Shown in pieces: positions 24,700 to 38,299 of a stretch of 64,000 nt of DNA. The stretch comes from Squalus acanthias. Lineage: Eukaryota. The stretch spans positions 62,248,001-62,312,000 of the forward strand of contig CM059430.1 in assembly GCA_030390025.1 (NCBI GenBank), in the 5' to 3' direction. Position 1 is the stretch's first letter; every line of letters begins with the position of its first letter. The position numbers and the translations under genes were made by a program. Under the pieces are notes generated by a model that did not search any database, was not told where the DNA came from, and was given only the letters and a program-made list of their open reading frames with translations.

Positions 24700-26745
24700 A
24701 TAAACATAAGAACATAAGAAATAGGAGCAGGAGCAGGCCATTCGGTCACTCGAGCCTACTCCGCCATTTAATGAGATCACGGCTGATCCGATTTTGGCCT
24801 TAACTCCACTTTCCTGCCCGCTCCCCATAAGCCTTGCCTCCCCTGTTGCTCAAAAATGTGTCCATCTCAGCCTTCAATATATTCAATGACTCAGCTTCCA
24901 CAGCGTTCTGGGGTAAAGAATTCCAAGGATTCACGACCCTCTGTGAGAAGAAATTCCTCCTCATCTCCGACCTCTTAAATGGCGACCACTTATTCTGAGA
25001 TTATGCCCCCTAGTTCTAGATTCCCTGACGAGGGGAAACCTCCTCTCATCATCTACCCTGTCCAACCCCCTCAGAACCTTATATGTTTCAATAAGATCAC
25101 CTCTCATTCTTCTGAACTCCAATGAGTATAGGCCCAAACTGTTCAAGTTTTCCTCATAAGACAACCCTTCCATCCCAGGAATCAACCCAGTGAACCTTCT
25201 CTGAACTGCCTCCAATGCAAGTATATCCCTCCTTAAATAAGTGGTCCAAAACTGTACACAGTACTCTTGGTGTGGTCTCACCAGTTGTAGCAAGACTTCC
25301 CTACTTTTATACTCTATCCCCCTTGAAATAAAGGTCAACATTCCATTTGCCTTCCTAATTACTTGTTTCACCCGCATGATAACTTTTTGTGTTTCATGTA
25401 CGAGGACACACAAATCCCTCTGTACCGCCGCATTCTGTCGTCTTTCTCATTTTAATTAATATTTTTATTTTCTATTCTTCCCACCAAAGTGGATAACTTC
25501 ACATTTTCCCACATTATACTTGATCTGCCAAATTCTTGCCCACTCACTTAACCTATCTATATCCCTTTGCAGACTCTTTATGTCCTCCTCACAAATTGCT
25601 TCCCCACCTATCTTTGTATCGCCCGCAAATTTGGCTACAATACATTTGCTTCCTTCATCCAAGTCATTAATATAGATTGAAAATAGTTGAGGCCCCAGCA
25701 CTGATTCTTGTGGCACCCCACTAGTTACAGATTGCTATCCTGAAAATGACCCATTTATCCCGGCTCTCTGTTTTCTGTTAGTTAGCCAATCCTCTATCCA
25801 ATCTATTATATTACCCGCAACACCATGAGCTCGTATCTTATGCAGCAACCTTTTATGTGGCACCTTGTCGAATGCCTTTTGGAAATCCAAATACACTACA
25901 TCTATTGGGTCCCCTTTATCCACCCTGCTCGTAACCTCTTCAAATAACTCAAATAGATTTGTCAAACACGATTTCCCTTTCTTAAAACCATGTTGACTCT
26001 GCTTGATTCTATTATGATTTTCTAAATGCCATGCTACTACTTCCTTAATCATGGATTCGAGGATTTTACCAATGACAGATGCAAGGCTAAGCGGCCTATA
26101 GTTTCCTGCATTCTGTCTCCCTCCTTTTTTGAATAAGGGCGTTACATTTGCGGGTTTCCAATCCACAGGGTCTTTTCCAGAGTCAAGGGAATTTTGGAAG
26201 ATTACAACCAATGCATCCACTATCTCTGTAGCCACTTCTTTTATGTATGCAGACCATCAGGTCCAGGGGACTTGTTAGCCTTTAGACCCATAATTTTTCC
26301 TCGCACTTTTTCTGAATTATAGTGTTTGTTTTAAGTTCCTTCCTCCCTTTTGCCCCTTGATTTTCTACTATAACTGGGATGTTTTTAGTGTCCTCTACTG
26401 TAGAGACAGATCAAAATATTTGTTCAAATCCTCTGCCATTTCCTTGTTTCCCATCTTTTCCCCAGTGTCGTCCTCTAAGGGACCAACGTTTATTTTAGCC
26501 ACTCTCGTCCTTTTTATATACTTGTAGGGGCTCTTACTGTCAGTTTTTATATTTCTTGCTAGTTTACTCTCATAAGCTATTTTCTCCCTCTTTAATATTT
26601 TTTAGTCATTCTTTGCTGGTTCCTAACATTTCCCAATCTTCTGGCCTACCACTAATCTTTGCAATGTTGTATGCCTTTACTTTCAATTTGATACCATCCT
26701 TAACTTCCTTTGTTAGGCATCGTTGGTTCACCCTTCTCTTCGAGT
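24700..26745 (-). mobile_element. 5'-truncated CR1 LINE
   Basis: ORFs 25735-26235, 25465-25716, 24961-25413 with RT motifs; tail aacataagaacataag. Confidence 0.92.
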
Positions 26746-27599
26746 CTTAAAGCAAATCATTTCCCTTCTCCACATATGCTGCCTCGCCTGGTCAGTATTT
26801 CTAGCATTTTCTGTTTTTGTTCCATATGTCCAGCATCTGCAGTATTTACTTTTTCAAAAAATATATTGATTTTTCTACCTTATCCCCACTGATTATACAA
26901 TGTAAATATTTGCCATATATTCCTCATAACTTCGGAGCCAGTTCTAAGACACTTGCTTCCTTGTTTTCTCCTTAAGCCATCCAATATTTTATAAAACTTA
27001 TCGTAATTCTCAACAGTATACCTCTACACAGTTGCTCCAAGTATAACTTGAAGCCCCTGAGATTTGGACAGTTACGGCAAGAAATGTTTTACAGTCGAAA
27101 CATATGCGAAAATTCTGTTTTGTACTTTTAAAATCTGATTACTTTACAGACCTTCGTTTGAATTAATTTGGCCTGTGATATAACTGTCTTCGCAATTGCT
27201 AGGTCAAATAAATGCATTATAATGTACTTCGGTTCCCTCAACAACACCGAATAAATATGAAAACCATAATCTGATTTTAAGTGAAAAGTTGATAAATATT
27301 CGAAGCAGAAGAAGATACAGGGTTCCAGGAAGCGAAAGGGTGCTGGCATTAATTTTGGGTTCGCTCTATCATTAAGCCAGCATGGACGCGATGTGTGAAA
27401 TGCTGTCCCTTTGTGCTGTAAGCTTCTATGGCTTCACTGTCTTCCGCTTCTGCAATTGTGGGGTTGAATTACACTACTTGGATCAGAATATTAACATTGT
27501 GACACCAGAGCTCTCTTCCGTTTAATTCACAGAAACCAGAAAGATTTGTTTCGGAAGTAACACTAATATTTTATAAAGTCACTTCCTTTGATACAAAAA

Positions 27600-27870
27600 A
27601 GAGAAACGGCGTCCTGGATTTCTTTCTCCTTTCCATATGAGGCGCTGCTCCTCGCGCTTCTGTTGCGTTTTACTGGAACCGTGTAGGATGCCGAGTACAG
27701 AGAGGTCAGTGTGGGAGTGGGATGGAGAATTAAAATGACAAGCGACCGGAAGTTCAGGGTCAAACTTGCGTGCTGAACGGTGGTGTTCATCAAAGCGATC
27801 ACCCAATCGGTGTTTCTCTCTCCAGAGATACTCCCTGAACTGCTCAGCATTTCAAGCATATTCTGTAACT
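27600..27870 (-). mobile_element. Penelope GIY-YIG remnant (second family)
   Basis: GDRFDEHHRS...LPVACHFNSPSHS. Confidence 0.75.
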
Positions 27871-28238
27871 ATTTACCGTTCTCAGTTTTCCCTCCAATAA
27901 TCGTAAGGATTTGAAGACCATGTCATTATCTATTCACTGTACCCGATGTGTCTTGTTTTCTCTCGTCTTCCTTTTATCTTTGGTGTTGTATCGCTCTTTG
28001 GCCAGTGGTTGTTCTCCAGAGCTCGAGTTTGTTATACATTTATTTTAAAGCTGTTCGTACAGCATTCGAAGTTCAGACAGTCCATTCTATTGCTATTGAC
28101 GCCGACACAATAACTCAGAAAGTTCTATTTGCTAACTCAATTGACATGGCCAACAATATCATTCAGCATAGTTTACTGTGATCCTTATGTTCTATTAAGT
28201 GTAATTTGCAACAGATATACTGAATACGGGATTGTCTG

Positions 28239-28441
28239 TTACAAAAGCAAAACACTGCGGATGCTGGAAATCTGAAATAAAAACAGAAAATGCTGGAAAC
28301 ACTCAGCGGCTCAGGCAGGATCTGTGGAGAGAGAAACAGCGCTAACGTTTCAGGTCGATGACTTCATATTAACTCCACTTCCATCTCCACAGATGGTGCC
28401 GGACCTGCTAAGTGTTTCCAACATTTTCTGGTTTTATTACA
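28239..28441. mobile_element. Short Penelope-derived element with inverted arms and 10-bp TSD
   Basis: Arms aaaacagaaaatgctggaaacactcagc / gctaagtgtttccaacattttctggtttt; GGATTGTCTG at 28229-28238 and 28442-28451; related pieces at ~26755-26855, 46778-46870, 59880-59995, 62500-62620. Confidence 0.75.
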
Positions 28442-30149
28442 GGATTGTCTGGTGTGGGCTTGGGTTAATTTCAGATAATATTGGGTATCGAAATGACTCG
28501 GTAAACCACATGAAGTACAGACTTCGATGCCACTCTTCACACTCGGTCACCGGCACGTTAGTTTAAGGTGCGCGCACGTCATTGTCTCACATATCAAATT
28601 ATCTCCAAACCATTTTGCCGCCAAACCATGAGAGTTTTCTGTTCATTGTCGGCAAGGTGCCAGTTTCTGTCAATGATTGGGTTTTGGTTCAGTGTATGCT
28701 GTTCATTGGGATAACTTTTACAGGTATTTTCCATTGTTGCCACTCTCTGTGTGGATATGATGCTGTGTTCCAAGTGGCCCAAGCTCTTAAAGAACCATTG
28801 TGATTACGTTCTATTCTATCCTCTCCTCTCCTTTTCAACATAATTCAATGAATGTCTCTATTGGTGGAGATTTGCCGAAAGTGAGTTTCTATAAACAGGC
28901 TCAGGCAGAAGGGAACAATTTCTTATAGGGAAGTGAGGCTGGATTGAGGAATCGATTACTGCGGAGCGAGGCAACCGGAAAATAGAATCCAAAGCGGAAC
29001 TGGATCAAAGCTTGCAGTCCATGGCACGTGACATTCGAGACAGTGGAGCCGCTGAGATGCCTCACCGTTATAGGAAAATAAATTTTTTAAGCAATATTCG
29101 TATATTTCTATAAGCATATATTAAATATGTTCGAGGCTATGGCACGTTAAAATTTATGCTATACCATCAACAGTGGAAATCTAAAATCTAAAATCAAGTC
29201 TACAAATTCGAATTACAAAGCACATGTACCGAATTGTGTGACAATGTTAAATTATTTCAATTATTTAATATTTGGTATTGTTTCAGCTATATAAATGTAC
29301 ACAGTCGGCGTTTTTATCGTGCAATAGAGACTATGATATAATTTGAGAAGTTTTCAAGTTCGAATCATTTCGATAGTGAAAAAAGTCTGCGAGCTCTTGA
29401 CTCGTCCAGGACTCAGCGGCAACTGAATCCACTTCTCTCAGGCGCTTTGTATTCACTGGATGTTCAGCTCTAAGACGTGCATTTCCTCATGCTAACTTAG
29501 AAATAAAGTAGGCACATTTTTGAAAGAACCCAGAGTTGTGCAATCTTTTGTCCTGGTCTGAAACCTTTGAAAGTGAGGTTCTTTTTATTCATATAGCCTT
29601 TGTGGATTTATACATTTATCCAAATTGTACAGATAACACCAGCCAACTAGCACCTGACTGGAAAATGTTAGATCAACTGAGTAGGTAAATTCACATTTAT
29701 AGGTTGTGACACAAGAGATACATCACAGGTTGGTTTTATTAATGTCTAATGAAAGTACATGCAAGTCTATACGTCTATATATTTAAACAACGGCTATCCA
29801 CCGGGGTCTGGAAATTCATAATCAACCCAGGCGAGTCCTCAATGGGAAATATTAAATAACCACTGAAAACATTGCCTATTTTTAGACATTAAACACAGTT
29901 CAAGCAGTGTCAGTTCAGCCTTGCTCTGAAACTATAAATTCTGAGGTTATTGTCCCGTGACCTGACGTACCATACGCTACTGCAACAGTAGATGGCAATA
30001 TTGCACTGCATAAACATCATTCTCACCGGACAGTGAGTCCCGTTTAACTTCTTATCAGTAAAGGTTAAGACAGTTTTGCATGTTTATATATACCACATCT
30101 TTCCAGAATAATAATAATTTAAACGTGAAATGCTGTCTCCATAATAGCC

Positions 30150-33100
30150 AGGGAGTGCAGCTCGGAACAGAATGTTAAACTGCGAGTTTGGTGAGTGAGG
30201 GAGTTCGGGGAGGAAGGTGTTCCTTTCTTTTTCCATCTTTGTCAGCTTCCAGGAGAGCAGGAGCTAAAAAGCTGCACAAGAGGGGGCAGAGAACCAGCAG
30301 TGAGTATTTCTACAATATTTCTACATTCCAGCCATTAAAGTAAAAGTAAGGTCTCTAGTTTAGAGTAAATAGTGTTTAAAGGGAAGTAGGGTCCCTAGTG
30401 TATTTAATATTATTTAATTTAAATGGAGTAAATTAATCGTAGGACATGGCAGGGCAGCTCGGCAGCGTGGAGTGCTCCTCCTGCGCTATGTTGGAAGTCA
30501 GGGACACTTTAGGTGTCCAGGGCGAACACATGTCCAGGAAGTGTCTCCAGCTGCAGCTACTCGATACCGCGTTTCGGAGCTGGAGCTGTGGCTGGAGTCA
30601 CTGTGGAGCATCTGCGAAGCTGAGATCTTCGTGGATAGCACGTTTAACAAGGTGGTCACACCGCAGGTAAAGAGTGCACAGGCAGACAGGGAATGGGTGA
30701 CCACCAGACAGAGTAAAAGAACTAGGAAGGTAGTGCAGAAGTCCCCTGGGTGCATCTCCCTCTCCGACAGATTTTCTGTTTTGGATACTGATGAGGGAGA
30801 TGGTTTCTCAGGGGAATGCAGCAAGAGCCAAGTCCGTGGCCCTACGAGTGGCTCAGCTACACAGGACGGGAGGAAAAAGAGTGGGAGAGCAATAGTGATA
30901 GGGAATTCTATCGTGAGGGGAACAGATAGACGTTTCTGTGGCCACAGACGTAACTCCAGGATGGTATGTTGCCTCCCTGGTGCCAAGGTCAAAGATGTCA
31001 CTGAACGGCTGCAGGGCATTCTGAAGGGGGAGGACGAACAATCAGAGGTCGTGGTTCACATTGGTACCAACGACATGGGTAGAAAGAGGGATGAGGTCCT
31101 GCAACAAGAATTTAGGGAGCTAGGTAGCAGATTAAAAAGCAGGACCTCAAAGGCTGCAAGCTCTGGATTACTCCCAGTGCCACGTGCTAGTGAGTATAGG
31201 AATAAAAGGAGAGAGCAGATGAATGCTTGGCTAAAGAGTTGGTGCAGGAGGGAGGGTTTTAGTTTCCTGGATCACTGGGTCTGCTTCTGGGGAAGGTGGG
31301 AACTGTACAAGTCGGACGGGTTGCACCTGAACCGGAACGGGACCAACATCCTTGCAGGGAGATTTGCTAGTACTGTTGCTGGGGGGAGGGGGGGGGGTGG
31401 GGTGGGGGGTGGGGTTAAACTAACTTGGCTGGGGGATGGGATATGGGGTGGTTCTATAGTAGGGGTTGATGCACAGCCAACTATAGAGGAAAAAACAAGT
31501 CAGCATGAAAGGCAGAGCAAATATGCAACTGCACAAGGGAGTATGTCAAGGCTGGATGGCATTTATTTTAATGCAAGAAGTCTTGCAAGTAAGGTAGATG
31601 AATTGAACGTATTGATGAACACATGGGTGTACGATATTGTTGCTATCACAGAGACATGGTTGAGGGAGGTGCAGGACTGGTAGCTCAATATTCCGGAGTA
31701 TAGAATCTTCAGCCGAGACAGAGGGGGGTGTAAAAGAGGAGTGGGTGTCGTAATATTAATCAAGGAGTCAATTACCGCTGTAAGGAGGGATGATATCTTA
31801 GCTGGTTGCTCTAATGAGGCCATATGGGTAGAACTTAAAAACAAAAAAGGGGCAAGCACTTTGCTGGGAGTGTACTATAGGCCCCCAAACAGTCAGGGGG
31901 AGATAGAGGAACAGATATGTAGGCAAATCTCAGAGAAGTGTAGAAATAATAGGGTAATAATACTAGGGGATTTCAACTTCCCCAATATTAACTGGAATAT
32001 TCAGAGTGTGAAAGGCATAGAGGGTGCGAAATTCTTAAAGTGCATCCAGGAGGGCTTTTTGAGCCAGCATGTAGAAAGACCGACAAGAGAGGGGGCGGTA
32101 CTGGACCTAATTCTAGGGAATGTAGCCGGGCAAGTGGTAGAAGTGTCAGTAGGACAGCATTTTGGTGACAGTGACCATAATTCAGTGAGATTTAAGGTAG
32201 TCATGGAAAACGATAAAAAATGGACTGGAAATAAAGGGTCTAAAATGGGGGAAGGCCGATTTTAATATGATAAGGCAGGATCTGGCCAAAGTGCACAGGG
32301 ATCAGTTATTTGTAGGAAAATCCACATCAGAGCAGTGGCTGTCTTTCAGAAAGGAAATAGAGAGAGTACAACGGCAACATGTTCCCGTAAAGGTCAAGGG
32401 TGGGACCAAGAAGCCCAGGGAACCCTGGATGTCAAGGGATATACGAGAATGGGTAGGAAAAAAAGGGAGACTTTTGGCAGATACAAAGGAATAAAAACAG
32501 TGGAAGCCCTAGAGGAGTATAGAAAGTGCAGGGGGGTACTTAAAAAAGAAATTAGCAGAGCGAAGAGGGGGCATGAAATAACACTGGCGGGCAAAATAAA
32601 GGAAAATCCCAAGGTGTTTTATAAGTATATTAAGGGCAAGAGGATAACCAGGGAAAGAGTAGGGCCCATTAGGGACCAAAGTGGCAATCTGTGTGTAGAG
32701 CCAGAAGATGTAGGTGGGGTTTTAAATGAATATTTTGCATCTGTGTTCACGATGGAGAAGGACGATGTAGGCATAGAAATCAGACAGGGGGATTGTGATA
32801 TACTTGAACAAATTAATATTGAGAGGGAGGAGGTACTAGCGGTTTTAGCGGGCTTAAAAGTGGATAAATCTCCAGGCCCAGACGAGATGTATCCCAGGCT
32901 GCTGTGTGAGGCAAGGGAGGAGATTGCAGGGGCTCTGACACAAATTTTCAGAACCTCTCTGGCCACAGGTGAGGTGCCAGAGGACTGGAGAACAGCTAAC
33001 GTAGTACCATTATTCAAGAAGGGTAATAGGGATAAACCAGGGCTTATTAGGCCAGTGAGCCTAACATCAGTGGTAGGGAAATTATTGGAAAAAATTCTGA

Positions 33101-34440
33101 GGGACAGAAATAGTCTCCACTTGGAGAGGCAAGGTTTAATCAAGGATAGTCAGCATGGTTTTGTCAGGGGGAGATCATGTCTGACCAATTTGATTGAATT
33201 TTTAGAGGGGGTGACTAGGTGTGTGGTTGAGTGTAGTGCAGTTGATGTGGTCTACATGGACTTCAGTAAGGCTTTTGACACAATCCCGCATGGGAGACTG
33301 ATCAAGAAGGTAAGTGCCCATGGGATCCAGGGCAACTTGGCACATTGGATCCAAAATTGGCTTAGTGGCAGCAGGCAGAGGGTGATGGTCGAAGGTTGTT
33401 TTTGTGAGTGGAAGCCTGTGTCCTGTGGTGTACCGCAGGGATCGGTGCTGGGTCCTTTGCTGTTTGTAGTGTACATTAATGATTTAGATATGAATGTAGG
33501 AGGTATGGTCAGTAAGTTCGCAGATGAAAGGAAAATTGGTGGGGTGGTAAATAACGAGGAGGGAAGCTTTAGGCTACAGGACGATATAGACGTGTTGGTC
33601 AGATGGGCAGAACAGTGACAAATGTAATTTAACCCTGAAAAGTGTGAGGTGATGCATTTTGGTAGGACTAACAAGGCAAGGGATTACACACTGAATGGTA
33701 GGAACCTAGGAAGGACAGAGGATCAGAGGGACCTTGGTGTACATTTACATAGCTCCCTGAAGGCAGCAAGACAGGTAGATAAGGTGGTTAAGAAGGCATA
33801 TGGGATACTTGCCTTCATTAGCCGAGGCATAGAATATAAGAGCAGAGAGGTTATGATGGAGCTGTACAAAACGCTAGTTAGGCCACAGCTGGAATACTGT
33901 GTGCAGTTCTGGTCGCCACACTAAGGAAGGATGTGATTGCATTGGAGAGGGTGCAGAGGAGATTCACCAGGATGTTACCTGGGCTGGAGCGCTTCAGCTA
34001 TGAAGAGAGACTGGACAGGCTGGTGTTGTTTTCCTTAGAGCAGAGAAGGTTGTGGGGGGACCTGATTGAGGTGTACAAAATTATGAGGGGCATAGATAAG
34101 GTAGATAGAAATGAACTTTTCCCCTTAGTACAGTGGTCAATAACAAGGGGGCATAGATTCAAGGTAAGGGGCAGGAGATTTAGAGGGGATTTGAGGAAAA
34201 ACCTTTTCACCCAGAGGGTGGTTGGAATCTGGAACTCACTGCCTGAAAGGGTGGTAGAGGCAGGTACCCTCACAACATTCAAGAAGCATTTAGATTAGCA
34301 CTTGAAACGCCATAGCATACAAGGCAACGGACCAAGTGCTGGAAAATGGGATTAGAATAGACAGGGCTTGATGGCCGGCGCGGACACGATGGGCCGAAGG
34401 GCCTCTTTCTGTGCTGTATAACTCTATGATTCTCTGACTC
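30150..34440 (+). mobile_element. Near full-length CR1 LINE (ORF1 zinc finger + SGNH esterase; ORF2 EN + RT), disrupted
   Basis: ORF1 CSSC..CLQL, IVIGNSIVRG, VHIGTND, DGLHLN; ORF2 FNARSL, IVAITETWL, YYRPP, LGDFNFP, SDHN and RT motifs; tail ctctatgattctctgact. Confidence 0.95.
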
Positions 34441-34752
34441 TAATTAATTACATAAATGCTTATTAAATTGTCTTAAACGGACAACACTTTCTGTCTGCAC
34501 ATTTTAACGGTCTAATTTAAGCCAAGTGTTAGCCCCTATCAGACAGAATACATTCTCATAATACAAAAATATTAATACTGAATTCTATATTGTTAAACTA
34601 TTTTCATTATTTCGCCCAGATGTTCTTAGCTTTCTACTGAATCACTCCTAATTTACGTCTATGCTTTCTACATTTTCAACTTTACTGTTGCCCTCTATGC
34701 AAAGTACCCTGTAACAGAGTTTACTTATGCGAAGTTGTTAAACTATACATTG

Positions 34753-34911
34753 AGCGGCGAGAGTGGGAGCTGAGATAAAGCGACGATTGCGGACCTGGGA
34801 TAAAGCGGCGCGCGCAGACGTGGGATAAAGCCCCGAGAGTGGAAGCTGAGATAAAGCGACGAGTGCAGCAGGTGAGATAAAGCGGAGAGAGCGGGAGGTG
34901 AGATGAAGCGG
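34753..34911 (+). repeat. Tandem repeat, six ~25-26 nt units (AGCGRCG...TGRGATAA), probably the CR1 5' end
   Basis: Units end in GAGATAA/GGGATAA followed by AGCG. Confidence 0.85.
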
Positions 34912-34914
34912 TTC

Positions 34915-35348
34915 ACCCGAAACTGAGAAGTTTATTTTTAGCCTGTTTAAAGCACATAATTTATTTTTGCAAAAAAAAATGTTGTATTAAATACTTAATT
35001 GCATGGCATTTTAATTAATTTCAAATATGTAATATGTTTTATTCCTTTGACGTGTAGATCTATTTTTTCGGGTATTGCCATTCATGCTTACGGGGTTTCC
35101 GTACATACGGAATCCCCAGAAGCATGAATGGGGACTCCCTTCTTTTATTGGTTAGGCTGGTCCACGTGATCCAGGGGCGCTTGCTAACCGCGTGCGCCCC
35201 TGAGTTACATGAACCTCCACCCGCGGGTATGCGGAGAGGCCCTGGACCGCAAATATCCGTACCTCCCGGGCCACCAGGTACGCGGGCATTTTATTTGAGG
35301 ACCGTAGGCATTTCCCCGCGGTAAACCTCCCACCTCAAATTCAGGGCC
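34915..35348. mobile_element. Harbinger-type MITE (partial)
   Basis: Ends aaattcagggcc; internal ccacgtgatcc and AT-rich core resemble 43838-44598. Confidence 0.6.
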
Positions 35349-35349
35349 A

Positions 35350-38230
35350 TTAGAGATTGCAGGGCAAGCTATGTGTCGGGCCTGCGGTATGTGGCAGTTA
35401 GTGAACAGTGACAGTGTCCCAGATTCCCACATCTGCAGAATATGTCCCTGCCTTGCTTCATTCCGGCTCAGAGTTTTTGAGCTGGAGTGCAAGTGAGAGA
35501 CACTCTGAAATATGAGGGTGGGGCCAACATTTCTGGGTAGTTTTATCTAGAACACAGTCACACCCCAGAGGAAAGCTGAGGTTCAGGAAGGGGAGGGTGT
35601 GACTGTTAGGGAGCAGGCTAGCCAGGAGACACTGTTCTTGTCCAACAGGTACAATGTTATCACTACCTCTAAGGACAAGGAGAAAGACTGCGGAGAGGAT
35701 AGACACAACACAGTCCAAGGTACCGTGGCTCAGAAGTTTTGTCCAAGCGAGGGGAAGAGCAGAATAGAAATGTGGTAGTGATAGTGGATTCTATAATTAG
35801 GGGGATTGATAGCGTCCTCTGCAGACATGAACAACAGTCTCAAAGGATATGTCATCTACCTGGTGCCAGGGTAAGGGATCTCTCGAGGTGGCTGGAGAGG
35901 AATTTGGAAAGGGAGGAGGTAAAACCGGTTGTTGTGGCCCATGTTGGAACAAACTACATAGGTAGGAGCAGGGAGGAGGTCCTGCTGAGGGAATATCAGG
36001 AACTGGGAACTAAATTAAAACGCAGGAACTCAAGGGTAATAATCTCTTGATTATTGATTGAGTCACGTGCAAATTGGCATAGAGACAGAAAGATCAGGCA
36101 AGTTAACACGTGGCTAAAGGGCTACTTTGGGAAAGACAGGTTCCTTTTCATGGTACACTGGCACCAGTACTGGGATAGGAAGTAGCTGTACTGATGCAAC
36201 AGGCTCCACCTGAACCGGAGTGGGACCAGTGTCCTAGCGGAAAAGGTAAATCAGAAGGTTGCAAAGGCTTTAAACCAGTATGAAGAATGGGGGTAGGAGG
36301 GATCGACAAGAAATGAAACAAGCTTAAATATAAACGAAATAGGAAAGGAGAGCATGGGACAGTCTAAACTAAGGGAGGACCTAAATGGCCTGGTCATAAA
36401 TAGAGTTATGGAAGAGAAATATAAAAATATGATTAAGAATAAAGGCCCAGAACTTGTGGGCATGATGTCGGTGAACTGGCAGCGCTCGTCATGATTTCAC
36501 CTTTGAAACTGGTCGCAACGTCAAGATTTAGCGCATGCGCCGTAAACTGCTCCTCCACAGATGGCGCTGTGACCCCCTCCACAGAGCCAGCAATCAGTGA
36601 CATCTCTGAAATCATGGAAACTGACGAAATCTTCGTTCTTCCACCGTAATTATGCTGTTAAATTCCCCACCAAAAGTTAGACTCAAAGGGATTAGGTGTA
36701 ACTTTGGTTTTGACAGCGTATTGACTGCTCAGCAAAGGTTATGGCCGAGAAAAACTAATTTCAACTTTTGTGTAGCTTCAAATTTATCCATTTTAATAAA
36801 TTTTTAAATTTTTAAGAAAGCTTTAAAGAAAAGGTAGTTTATCTTTATTTCAGGGTTGGCTTTACCCCATGTCAGAGCCCCAATCTTTGTTTTGCTCTCT
36901 CTAACATTTTTAAAACGTTGGACTTTAAAGAACTTACTCACTTCCTTCTTCGCTGTCTGTTACAATTCCGCATTTTGACTGGCTGCTTAGACAGCTTGTT
37001 GACATCACAGCATCTCGCACTATGGGATTCCCACTATACAATGTTGAATTGAATAATGCATCGGAAAACCCAAACTTCTTTACACAGAGATCGCGAGATG
37101 TTTGCGCAAAGCTTATTTCAGGTCCACTGGCGAACGCCTTTGCTTATGACTGCAAATTCTCGCCGAACAAAGTGAGAGGAACTGCTGTTAAAAGTGAGTT
37201 AAACTGTTTGTACAGCAATGCACAAAGTGTCTGCAATAAAAGAGGGGAACTGGAGGCAATGATACATTGTGAGGAACCAGATATAGTGTGGATTACTGAG
37301 TCGTGGTTACAGAAATATCAGGAGTTAAACTTTGCAGGGTATAATATATTTAGAAAAGATACAGCGCGAAAAAGCGGAGGTGGAGTGGCTGTACTTATTA
37401 GAGTTAACATAATTACAGTGGACTAAAGTAACACAGCCATCAGTAAGAAAGAACTAGAATCCACGTGATTAGAGATAAGAGATAAAAAGAAGGATCAGTC
37501 ACACTAACAGGTGTAGTCTGCAAACCACCTAATAGTGCATGGTGGGTGGAGGAAGTAACATGCAAAAAAAAAAGGGAAATGAGTAGCACACATAGAATAA
37601 TGATCATGGGAGATATCAACTACTCTGAAATTAATTGACCAGAAGAGGTAGGTAAAGGGAATAAGGGAATGGAGTTCCTACAATGAGTACAGGAATCCTT
37701 TGTAACCCAGTAAGTAAGAAGCCTAACAAGGGAGGAGTCGCTATTGGATCGGGTAATGGGGAATGAATCAGTGCAGATAAGAGATGAAAGATAGTGGAAC
37801 ATCTAGGCAATAGTGACCATAATATAATACGAATTAGAATAATAATTGAGAAGGAAATAAGCATGACAAATACCAGGGCAACAGATTGGGGAAAGGCTGA
37901 CTTAGAGGGGCTGCGAACTTGGGAAAATAAAGTGGGCAACAACATCGACAAACAATGATGTAGAACAGCAATGGAAAACATTTCAAACGGTGTTCAACAG
38001 AGCCCAGGAAAAATATATTACACTTTGAGATATATACCAAAGCATTAGAGTGCAAATATACAGAGATTTTACATGATGCTTCATAATGGTCTTTTCAGAC
38101 CACACTTGGGCTACTCTGTACAATAAGGAAAACAGTCCACAAAAATAGGTACCTGCACTAGGCTAGGGGCAATAAAGATTACGAAGGATGATTACAAGTA
38201 TTAAGGAAAAAACTAGAACAGCTCAAGCTC
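35350..38230 (+). mobile_element. Decayed CR1 LINE (ORF1 esterase + EN, internal deletion), same family as 1-3541
   Basis: VIVDSIIRGID, AHVGTN, EEPDIVWITESW; cacgtgcaaattggcataga shared with the start of the window. Confidence 0.85.
36444..37164. mobile_element. Harbinger-type MITE inserted in CR1
   Basis: Ends ggcccagaacttg / gcaaattctcgcc; host CR1 resumes on both sides. Confidence 0.65.
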
Positions 38231-38299
38231 TCGGTTTGGAAAGAAGGGTGAATATTTGGTACAGATAAGGTAAATTAGCAATTTTACTTAAGAATTAAT

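Noticed and set aside
27870-29110. Unique, coding-looking stretch with long frames on both strands (e.g. 27948-28181, 28582-28803)
   Set aside because: No recognisable motif, consistent strand or splice structure; may be a decayed gene, but this needs TBLASTX to support
29985-30000. CTCF-like motif ACAGTAGATGGCAATA
   Set aside because: Single imperfect match; cannot be distinguished from chance without ChIP or conservation data
32394-34282. Long antisense ORFs over CR1 ORF2 (also 13737-14225, 30498-31019, 53838-54392)
   Set aside because: Shadow frames of LINE coding sequence
34753-34911. Repeat-spacer appearance suggestive of CRISPR
   Set aside because: Units are degenerate tandem copies without unique spacers; eukaryotic context and no cas genes
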